From: a virus
Direction: 5' to 3' (one strand)
Length of the DNA: 64,000 bases
IMG/VR virus record: IMGVR_UViG_3300037313_000284
Location: 1-64,000 of that record
The notes under the pieces are model-generated. The model worked only from the letters and a program-made list of their open reading frames with translations. It was not told the DNA's origin and made no database searches. A program made the position numbers and the translations under genes. Below are positions 53,879-61,635 of this stretch, piece after piece (the stretch's first letter is position 1; each line of letters opens with the position of its first letter).

Positions 53879-54442
53879 TTAGATCAGGGGATCGCTATTC
53901 GACATGGTTAGCGACCAAGCAAAAGCCGACGCCGCCGGGGCACCGGTCACCTCGCATTTAATAATCAACGGTTCCATATCATCTACTTCGATAAGCGACG
54001 ATATGCGTTGCCGTCCTGACACAGCCGCACCGAAGGCGAGAGTTAGCGCTGTCGCGACGTTATTCTTCATAACGGTAAACGTGCGCGAAGTACCCGCACC
54101 CGGAACAACTGCCAACACGCATTGTAGGTTATAAATACGCTTCTTTCGGTTTGGGTAAATTTGCTGGTTAGCGGTAGCGCTCGGAACCACGTTAGCGCCG
54201 AATAACGGCAAGTATTGCGTCACCGTTCCGAGCAACGAACCTGCCGCTACGTATCCATGCATATCATACGTTAATAGCGGCGGTTCATCGAGACTTGCCG
54301 CCGAAAGTTGTCCCGACACTAAACCAGGACTTAAGTCTACCGGCAGGGTAACGGTGTTCATCACGACGCCACGGCCTGCCGCTAAAGACAGAGACGCAGA
54401 ATTCCAAGCAGAAGGACCTGCGTTAGTAATATAGTACGGCAT
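53879..54442 (-). CDS. anchor-family virion protein
   Basis: MPYYITNAG...SLSLAAG.....TLPVDLSP.L..GQL, then a beta-sandwich. Confidence 0.65.
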   Translation of the reverse strand: MPYYITNAGPSAWNSASLSLAAGRGVVMNTVTLPVDLSPGLVSGQLSAASLDEPPLLTYDMHGYVAAGSLLGTVTQYLPLFGANVVPSATANQQIYPNRKKRIYNLQCVLAVVPGAGTSRTFTVMKNNVATALTLAFGAAVSGRQRISSLIEVDDMEPLIIKCEVTGAPAASAFAWSLTMSNSDPLI

Positions 54443-54462
54443 CGCTCACACTACCCTAATAA

Positions 54463-54897
54463 CTACACGATCGACTTGACGGGAACGACGAATAGCGCGC
54501 CACTGGTAGTGAACTGAAGCACCGAAACTTTGTCACCGGGCGTGATTTGCAGATGGAAACGTTCACCAGCTGGAAGGTAAGTGCTACCAGCCACGTCCGC
54601 TGCGTCAGGCGTTGCGCCGACGGTGAAATAACAAGCGACCGTAGAGATCACCATAATCTCAAAAGCGTTAATAGCAGCCGAATCATTATTAGACGAGCCG
54701 ACGGCGACACGTTGACCGTTAGACCACTCGTACGTACGAGTGGTGTTACCAAGGTCAATGATTTCTACCGAACGCGAACGAACAAGTTCATCCATGTCTT
54801 CCGGAAGCGACGGAAGAATAAGCGTTTCGCCAGCCGCTATTTCAATCGAACCCGCACGGCGACTGCCTGCGGAAATATTAGTGATACGATATGACAT
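54463..54897 (-). CDS. anchor-family virion protein
   Basis: MSYRITN.....SIEIAAGETLILPSLPEDM. Confidence 0.65.
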   Translation of the reverse strand: MSYRITNISAGSRRAGSIEIAAGETLILPSLPEDMDELVRSRSVEIIDLGNTTRTYEWSNGQRVAVGSSNNDSAAINAFEIMVISTVACYFTVGATPDAADVAGSTYLPAGERFHLQITPGDKVSVLQFTTSGALFVVPVKSIV

Positions 54898-54925
54898 TGT
54901 TTACGCTCCGGGTAAGCGGTGATTA

Positions 54926-55705
54926 TTAACTGTCGCCTAAGTGAAGTAGATGCTCAGGCGACACGTGTGCCGCTGCCCAAGCCGGGGTGGGGTGGACGCA
55001 ACTAAGCTCGAACCCGCGAATGAAATCGCAAATGTAGTGAGCTAAGACCGGACCGCGGTCCGGAGTATTGAAAATGCGCATCGTCCTATTATCAAGGCTA
55101 ATGTGCTCACAACCGTTTTGTGCTTTGGTTGGGCGATGCCCGCACACTGCGCATTCGTAACTACCGACCGAAGCACCCATCGAATAGTGAGAGTATTCAC
55201 CGGTTAGGATGTTATTAGCTAAAACCGGATCACGAGTACGGTCACAGCCATAAAGCGCAACCGCCTTCCACACTTTCTGATTAGTACCAGCTAGCGGAAG
55301 CATGCGGGTATCGAACACCGCGCCCTTAGCGTTAGTCGGGTCATCATTAACGTGATTGAAATGCGTAGGCCTACGCTTCCACGTTTCATAACCCAAGCAC
55401 GCTAGGTCCAGATCGAACCGACCCATGCTAGCTAGTGAGAACGCCACGCCATTACGATTAGGTAGCGCCGTAGGAAACATAATAACCGGAGTGATTACGT
55501 AATCTCTAATGTCCCTAGAGATATTGTATTCAGCGGCGGCGGCTTCCAACCAACCGGTTCCCAATTCTCGACCTAGGTTAGTATCTAGTCCCGCCGTTTC
55601 AAAAGACATTCTGGCACGCGACTCATTGCCCTTAAGAATGTCGTGCATTTCAAATGCTTGTAACCCAGGTTCCTCACAGAACCCTAGTTCGATAGACCTT
55701 TCCAC
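54926..55705 (-). CDS. prohead maturation protease with a Zn-finger insertion
   Basis: PNRNG.AF, HFNH, YSMGA (catalytic Ser-like), CAVCG...CEH and FELSCV..PA; AGGAG RBS 8 nt before the in-frame GTG at 55705. Confidence 0.75.
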   Translation of the reverse strand: MERSIELGFCEEPGLQAFEMHDILKGNESRARMSFETAGLDTNLGRELGTGWLEAAAAEYNISRDIRDYVITPVIMFPTALPNRNGVAFSLASMGRFDLDLACLGYETWKRRPTHFNHVNDDPTNAKGAVFDTRMLPLAGTNQKVWKAVALYGCDRTRDPVLANNILTGEYSHYSMGASVGSYECAVCGHRPTKAQNGCEHISLDNRTMRIFNTPDRGPVLAHYICDFIRGFELSCVHPTPAWAAAHVSPEHLLHLGDS

Positions 55706-55775
55706 AGTCGCAACTCCTAACCTATGGGCGACGTTTGGTTCGCTTATTAAATTAGCGTTAGGCGGCATTTTAGAC

Positions 55776-55809
55776 AAGAAAAAGCCCCGTAGCGCGGGGC
55801 TACGGGGCT
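55776..55809 (-). terminator. intrinsic terminator
   Basis: Minus strand AGCCCCGTAGC-CCCGC-GCTACGGGGCT followed by TTTTCTT. Confidence 0.8.
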
Positions 55810-55820
55810 GTCTAGATCGT

Positions 55821-57215
55821 CTATAACTTAAAGATCATTGAGTGCTTAGGATCATGATCTTGAGCTATCGCAGCGGCCGCTGCTATCACTTTAGGCGGTG
55901 CACTATCACGAATCATTTTAATATCGCAACGATGCCGTTCAATCTCACCGTATTCTTTGTGGTGAACAATGCAGCGCATATCTTGACCTGAGCGATAACC
56001 GCTACTAAAATGCCAAGCATCCGAGCCTGCTAGCGTGCGGAATATTTCGCACGTCACTCCATCCTTTTCTTCTACCTTGTCATGGTGCAAATGCCCTTGA
56101 TAGAAGTAGAGGAACTCAGACGAAGAGATTAACGAACGGCAATCGGTGTACATGATGCCCGGCAGATTAGCGGGCTTCGTCGTGTCACCGTGCGTAGCGC
56201 CAATTAGTACCTTACCGAATTGGAAGTACCAGAAGGCCGCAGGTGAAAGCGAAATGTGCACGCGTGGATTGTTTTTATAATACATATCCAGCGACAAAGC
56301 TAGCGCGTATGACGAACGCTTGTCGTGGTTGCCTCGCACGTTTCTAACAATAACCGTCTCATGCTTTTCAAGTGCACGTTCGATGCACCAGATCATAGCC
56401 CGCAGGCCGACTTGCATGATTTCGGTCCAGCGACCAGACACATCTAACGAATTATTAGAACGCTCAGTGCGGTTCTCTTCGTTGTCAGTGTGAAAGAAAT
56501 CTCCTAGGTTAAGGATGACACCGATCTTAGCGTTAGGTGCACTAGCAACCAACCTATCGATGGCAGTAATAGTTACTAATTCGGCGGTGTGTAGACTGAA
56601 GTCCTCACCGGCTTCCCTCGCCCATGCGTGCATGCCGAAGTGTGGGTCTCCCATAGGGTAGACGCACATAAGGTCTTCGTCGAAATTCTTTGGCGGTTTA
56701 ATAAGCGGCGACTTACTCTTGGCGCGCTTTGTCAGCCAATGCACCCACTCTTCAATCGCCTTGTCGGCTTCTTCTCTGTCAAGCTCGGATTTAACCCATT
56801 GTTGGGTAACGGAGCCTGTCGAATCGTATTGCGTAGTAACTCCCTTAACGCGATACGGTCGAGGAACACGCTTAGTCATATCGAAGTCGGGAGCATGCCC
56901 GGTAAGGGCGGCTTTCTTACTCAGCGCTTCGATAGCGTCATTCAATTCCGGCAGGGTAATACCTAGGGCGTTACACGCCGCGATTTTGGCAGATTGCAGT
57001 AACCCGAACACCGCGCGTTCGGTGATACCTAAGGCAGCGCCTGCCGCTAAGCGTGTGCCGTATTTATTAACAGCGTCAATAGCCTCACATTGACGTTCAG
57101 TAGCCCAATTCTTCAAAGTAGGGTTAATTGGCAGCCTTACCAATGTATCCTGAATTCTAAAATCTTCGTCCAAACTCTTCATCGTGCCCAACCACTCGCT
57201 TACTAAATGATGCAC
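55821..57215 (-). CDS. calcineurin-like metallophosphoesterase with an N-terminal HTH-like segment
   Basis: GDPHFG, NLGDFFH, RGNHD, THGD and GHLHH. The start is uncertain (ATG 57182 is possible). Confidence 0.85.
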   Translation of the reverse strand: MHHLVSEWLGTMKSLDEDFRIQDTLVRLPINPTLKNWATERQCEAIDAVNKYGTRLAAGAALGITERAVFGLLQSAKIAACNALGITLPELNDAIEALSKKAALTGHAPDFDMTKRVPRPYRVKGVTTQYDSTGSVTQQWVKSELDREEADKAIEEWVHWLTKRAKSKSPLIKPPKNFDEDLMCVYPMGDPHFGMHAWAREAGEDFSLHTAELVTITAIDRLVASAPNAKIGVILNLGDFFHTDNEENRTERSNNSLDVSGRWTEIMQVGLRAMIWCIERALEKHETVIVRNVRGNHDKRSSYALALSLDMYYKNNPRVHISLSPAAFWYFQFGKVLIGATHGDTTKPANLPGIMYTDCRSLISSSEFLYFYQGHLHHDKVEEKDGVTCEIFRTLAGSDAWHFSSGYRSGQDMRCIVHHKEYGEIERHRCDIKMIRDSAPPKVIAAAAAIAQDHDPKHSMIFKL

Positions 57216-57218
57216 GTT

Positions 57219-57244
57219 GCCCCTGCGGTTGATTCCGCAGGGGC
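57219..57244. repeat. intergenic inverted repeat (hairpin)
   Basis: GCCCCTGCGG-TTGATT-CCGCAGGGGC; no clear U-tract. Confidence 0.6.
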
Positions 57245-57257
57245 TTATGTGGTCGGG

Positions 57258-59570
57258 CTACTTAGGCCCGCCGTGTTTATCAGCCCAATCACGCATCATC
57301 TTTGCAGTTCCGATTGCGTCTTCGGGATCATTAGTACCATAGGAAGTAGCCTCACGCCGTTCAGCGCTAGGTAGTTCCTTTTTACTAAACGTCACGATGT
57401 ATTCACCATCGACGACGTTACAGACCAAGCCAAGTTTACGAATTTCTTCCTTCACTTGTGCTTGAGTTAGTGCAGTCTCAACGGCTGCACGTTCGATGCT
57501 ATTATGATGATCGATCAATGCTTCAATCGTGTCAGTTTGGCACCGTCCGGTAGTGCCCCTAGTAACTCCAGGCACCGCACGGTCGAACCAATAACTGTAT
57601 CCGCCGTTGTCTTTAACACAGTCAATTGTCACGCTATTGCGTAAGAGGTACCTAGTACCGTGGATACCAGCAGCTAAGGCTTCTCGCGCAGACTTCTTGA
57701 AATCCTTGAGACTGAAAGGTTGTGGCGCAATTTTCACCACCGCCGTTTTCATATCTTTATAGTGATTAGCAGTCTCGCGAACAGTACCGTCAACCGATTG
57801 CTTAGCTTTCGGTTCTGACTTACCGTCGTAGCCGACCTTAACCGCCATCTTCATTAACTCATCGGAGAAGCGACGCGGCTTCTTACCGTCAAGCATCAAT
57901 GCGTCAGGATGCGCCATCGAGCCCAGCATAGAAGCGATCTTCGCTAACGCTGCGCCGATAGTAACCATGTAGTCAGCTTTGAACTTACCAAGCTTACGTT
58001 GCAGGCCGCACATATCGGCGGTGACTTCAACTTGATAACCGGTACCTTCGTTTTCGTAGGTGTAGGCGATCTTGTACTCAACAGCACCCATGCAGAAGCA
58101 ATAGGTTTTATTAGTAACCTTACCTGCCTTCACACCGACCAACTTACGAAGCTCTTCGCAGTAGTCTTGCAGGGTCTTCTTATCGCCGTCCTTACCGAGT
58201 TCGTCAGCAATGGAATCAAGCAAGCGAAGCACGCGGGTCATATCGTTGTGATTAACCTTGGCGAATTGCTTCAGCATCTTGTTGTAAACCGTCAAGAGTT
58301 TGGCTGATTCCCAACCGCTCTTGCGCTTGACCTTAACGCCCTTGTTGATCGTACCGTAGTGCAACTCCACTACGGGTTTCTTGCGACTTAAATTAATCAC
58401 GATGTGCGCGCCACCTAGGACGCACGTCTCGTTCTCTTTCTTTTTGCCGCCGAGCGCCGCCATCAGGCGTCCCGCGTTGAAAGCCTTAGGCTCTTTCGCG
58501 GTTTCCACCATGTGGTTAATAATACCGTCAACGTGCTCTTTCATGAGCGCGAGTTCGTCTTCGCTCAAGTCCTCTTCTTCGAGCGTGCACTCGCTAGGAC
58601 CGTCGTGAAGCATACCGTCGTCAGCTAGCTCGCTGCCAGACTTGAACTTCCCGATCTTGGTTCCGGTTCGTTTAGCATCTTTTATTAATGCCTTAACAAT
58701 ATCGTCGTAACCCTTAGCGTCGTTCTTCGCGCCCCAAATATCGTCGGCGTGTGTACCGTCCTGATATATTAACATGAGGCCGGGTTCGTCTTTAGTAGGC
58801 ATCTGAATCATGTACGGTAACAACAAATCGTTATTACCATATAGCATGATATAGTCGTAGTCTTCTTTCGAAGCTCTAGAGTGGAACTTGACGGTAATCT
58901 TCAGCTTAGCTTTAGCTAAGGCTGCCAAGATACCTTTTAACTTAGCCCGTGAGGCCGCCGTCTCAACCGAGGCTTCCTCTTCGGAGTCCTCATCGTCTTC
59001 GTCGGTGTTATTATCGAGTTCGTCTAGCTCGTCTTCGTGCTCAACGTCCTCTTCCTCGTCGTCTTCGTCTTTAGCCTTGCCTTTCTTTTTCTTCTTTTTA
59101 GGCTTAGCCTCTTCCTCTTCTTCCTCGTCGTCGGACTCTTCTTCGTCCGAGTTATCATCATCTTCCGCTTCCGCAGAGTCGTCATCTTCATCGGACTCTT
59201 CGTCCTCAGAATCTTCCTCTTCGTCGCCATCCTCTTCGGTGTCTTCTTCACCGTCGAACATATCGGATTCGATGATCTTAATTAGTGCGTCCGACTTGGC
59301 GTCGAGATTGTCTTCATTGAGAGCTTCAGCGAGAGCCTCAAACATACCAATGAATTCTTCTTCGTCATTGGAGTCGAAATTAGTCTCTTCACCACTCACC
59401 ACTAACGTAACGCGGCCACCGGGACGCACGATGATAGTAATAAGGCTCGAACTGTCGATGACGATGTACGCGTAGTTACCTTGTCTGTCCTTGCCGCCGG
59501 TAATGATACCTTGTTTCTCGGCGAGGGCTAAAATTTCAAGGATCACTTCCATAGCAAGACTATCCTTCAA
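57258..59570 (-). CDS. large multidomain protein with a D/E tract and a poly-Lys patch; candidate internal-head polyprotein
   Basis: Acidic tract, KPKKKKKKGK, and four (V/R)ETA motifs that separate compact segments. Confidence 0.6.
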   Translation of the reverse strand: MKDSLAMEVILEILALAEKQGIITGGKDRQGNYAYIVIDSSSLITIIVRPGGRVTLVVSGEETNFDSNDEEEFIGMFEALAEALNEDNLDAKSDALIKIIESDMFDGEEDTEEDGDEEEDSEDEESDEDDDSAEAEDDDNSDEEESDDEEEEEEAKPKKKKKKGKAKDEDDEEEDVEHEDELDELDNNTDEDDEDSEEEASVETAASRAKLKGILAALAKAKLKITVKFHSRASKEDYDYIMLYGNNDLLLPYMIQMPTKDEPGLMLIYQDGTHADDIWGAKNDAKGYDDIVKALIKDAKRTGTKIGKFKSGSELADDGMLHDGPSECTLEEEDLSEDELALMKEHVDGIINHMVETAKEPKAFNAGRLMAALGGKKKENETCVLGGAHIVINLSRKKPVVELHYGTINKGVKVKRKSGWESAKLLTVYNKMLKQFAKVNHNDMTRVLRLLDSIADELGKDGDKKTLQDYCEELRKLVGVKAGKVTNKTYCFCMGAVEYKIAYTYENEGTGYQVEVTADMCGLQRKLGKFKADYMVTIGAALAKIASMLGSMAHPDALMLDGKKPRRFSDELMKMAVKVGYDGKSEPKAKQSVDGTVRETANHYKDMKTAVVKIAPQPFSLKDFKKSAREALAAGIHGTRYLLRNSVTIDCVKDNGGYSYWFDRAVPGVTRGTTGRCQTDTIEALIDHHNSIERAAVETALTQAQVKEEIRKLGLVCNVVDGEYIVTFSKKELPSAERREATSYGTNDPEDAIGTAKMMRDWADKHGGPK

Positions 59571-59585
59571 GAACTCAATTAGAAA

Positions 59586-60578
59586 TTAACTCAACTTCGG
59601 TTTGGCTTGTTGGCCTAAAGCAGGCAATCCATGTCTACTGGAACTCATTACAAAATCACGGTAGCGATCCGGCATATATTCATCGACGGCGCGCTTACGA
59701 GTAGCTCGCAATTGCATGGCCGTATCAAAATAATAAGCGATCTTCTCACGAAGTTGCGGGTCATCGGGATGAAGAAATCCCGACAGCGGAGAATTTAATA
59801 ATCTCCGCAGTATCCGCTTGGCTTCATGTGGTTCTTTGCGTAAGATCAGCCGATAAAATGGTGTAAACGAACCACGGGCTTCGAAATGATATCGCGTCAG
59901 GTTGTATACGCGCTTACTTAACAGTGCCGCGTACAATCCCATTTCTGTGGCTGTCGTGACGTACACCACATCTGCATTATTTAATAATTCGATACCGCTG
60001 CAATCGCGATCAAATACGCGGTTATAACCAAACGTCTGGCCAAGTTTGCGCGTAAGTTCCGGCGCAGTAATCGGATGCAGTTTAATAAGCACGTCTTCGT
60101 CCTCATGCATCAGACGCATGAGGTTTTCGGCGCTTACTGCTTCATCGAAAACATTGTGCCCTGGTAGAAAGATTATTTTCTTAGGCACAAAATCGATTGG
60201 ACGGTCATGGACCAAACATAGAGGTTTAGTTAATACATACTTGTCACGGAGGGGTAGGTGATCCACAGGGTGGAATTCCCATCGACTTACGTCGTCATCC
60301 AGGGCTTTTTCCACCATCAACGCAGTCATTTCGTTAGACTGCGGCTGCAACCACATATTTCCTAATAATTCAGTGTAGGTGAATTCGTGAAAATAATCGG
60401 GTTGCAATCGAGACACATCATAACTACAGGGCAACGGTGTCAGTTCACGAATAATTTTCTCGATTGTGCCCAGACGTTTTAGGTGCGGCGCCCGCTTTTC
60501 CCAGCTTTCCTTACCGATTTTGTCGATTTGGAAAACTTCATCCGTCATGAGTTGATCGTGTATGAGTGTAGTTACCAT
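59586..60578 (-). CDS. GT-B glycosyltransferase-like protein (KpsS/KpsC capsule-biosynthesis type)
   Basis: IIFLPG, VLIKLHP, ELL..AD.VY.T..TEMGLYAALL.K.V match the HP motif and the S/T-x-G-x-E/Y-A-L-L motif recalled for KpsS/KpsC-like enzymes. Confidence 0.6.
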   Translation of the reverse strand: MVTTLIHDQLMTDEVFQIDKIGKESWEKRAPHLKRLGTIEKIIRELTPLPCSYDVSRLQPDYFHEFTYTELLGNMWLQPQSNEMTALMVEKALDDDVSRWEFHPVDHLPLRDKYVLTKPLCLVHDRPIDFVPKKIIFLPGHNVFDEAVSAENLMRLMHEDEDVLIKLHPITAPELTRKLGQTFGYNRVFDRDCSGIELLNNADVVYVTTATEMGLYAALLSKRVYNLTRYHFEARGSFTPFYRLILRKEPHEAKRILRRLLNSPLSGFLHPDDPQLREKIAYYFDTAMQLRATRKRAVDEYMPDRYRDFVMSSSRHGLPALGQQAKPKLS

Positions 60579-61069
60579 CCGGTGAATCTCGTCGTATTAA
60601 CGGAAGTAGGTTGTGAAGTAGTGTGCGCGTCTGTGTCACTCGTAGAAAAAGATTCGGTAGTGGTGTGCGTTTCTGAAGTAGTATACGTATCAGACGTCGT
60701 GTGCGATTCTGACGTTAAGAATGTAGAGCTAGTAACGTGACTTTCAGACGTAGTGTGAGTTTCTTCGCCGCTCGTTACTCGGCTAGTGCTGCGAGTATCG
60801 GTACCGCCATTAATAACAGTCTCGAATTCCGTACTGTAGCTGTACGGCGAAGTGGTATTAAAATAAGACGTGGTGGTAAAGGAACCCGAGGTGTAGAACG
60901 AGGACGAAGTGGTGTACGAATTCGTCGTATTGAAATACGAAGTGGTTGAATACGAAATAGACGTAGTATGCGAACCCGAGGCACCGGTGAGAAAGCTAGT
61001 CGAATAACTGCTAGCGTAAAAAGTAAGGTGAAACCGGTGCGCATTATACGGACGATACAGAAACAGCAT
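60572..61069 (-). CDS. Ser/Thr-rich (82 of 165 residues) periodic repeat protein
   Basis: (H/Y/F)-x-T-(S/T)-x-x hexads; abuts the upstream stop (TAG-ATG) and overlaps the downstream GT start. Confidence 0.75.
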   Translation of the reverse strand: MLFLYRPYNAHRFHLTFYASSYSTSFLTGASGSHTTSISYSTTSYFNTTNSYTTSSSFYTSGSFTTTSYFNTTSPYSYSTEFETVINGGTDTRSTSRVTSGEETHTTSESHVTSSTFLTSESHTTSDTYTTSETHTTTESFSTSDTDAHTTSQPTSVNTTRFTGW

Positions 61070-61621
61070 CTAGTCCCAGCCCGCGCTTGGATCGAAAGCA
61101 TTCAATCCACCAGCGTCTTCAGGAAGGGCGGCTTCTAATTCATTACTGCGGGTTCGGATAGCAATGATCTGTGCGTATTTATCCAGGGTCGCAGCTAACT
61201 CAGCTTGTTTGTCTTCCGGCCACACGCTAACGTCGCTGCCGTAAGCCGCTAGAGCCGCGAAACCCGCGCCCGCCGCATTTAGTTGTTTGTGCAGAGGCAT
61301 TAACTCGTAAATGCGGCGTTGCGCTTCCGCTTTGATTTGCGAAATACGCTTGAGGTAGATTTCAAGCACTTCCTCTTCGTTCCATGGGCGAATATTAAAC
61401 GTCCATGTGACTTCGGTAAGCGTTACCTCTTCCGTCGGAATAGGGTCTTTCTTATGTGTGGTTTCGTCGAACGGGACGTCATTAACACGTACGACAGGTA
61501 CCCACTGTGCCCGCTTTTCAGGTTGCAGAGTGGGTACCGCTTCGGTTTCAGAATCGAAGAGCTTAGTCTTAATAAGCACCAACTCTTCGGTATCGATCAG
61601 GGCGTAACGTTGAAGGCTCAT
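61070..61621 (-). CDS. fibre assembly chaperone-like protein
   Basis: WVPV....PFD..TH.....V....VT.T...R, IKAEAQRRI....P..KQLN, I.AIR..SN.LE; follows a tailspike. Confidence 0.6.
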   Translation of the reverse strand: MSLQRYALIDTEELVLIKTKLFDSETEAVPTLQPEKRAQWVPVVRVNDVPFDETTHKKDPIPTEEVTLTEVTWTFNIRPWNEEEVLEIYLKRISQIKAEAQRRIYELMPLHKQLNAAGAGFAALAAYGSDVSVWPEDKQAELAATLDKYAQIIAIRTRSNELEAALPEDAGGLNAFDPSAGWD

Positions 61622-61635
61622 AGAAGTATTCCTTA

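Noticed and set aside
55706-55777. Track start of the protease at 55777
   Set aside because: It lies in the terminator tail and upstream of the candidate promoter. GTG 55705 has a proper AGGAG SD.
58960-59260. GAA/GAC-rich quasi-repeats (also 45700-45900 and 60600-61000) as CRISPR or DNA tandem arrays
   Set aside because: They are degenerate at synonymous positions and have no repeat-spacer structure. They reflect low-complexity protein sequence.
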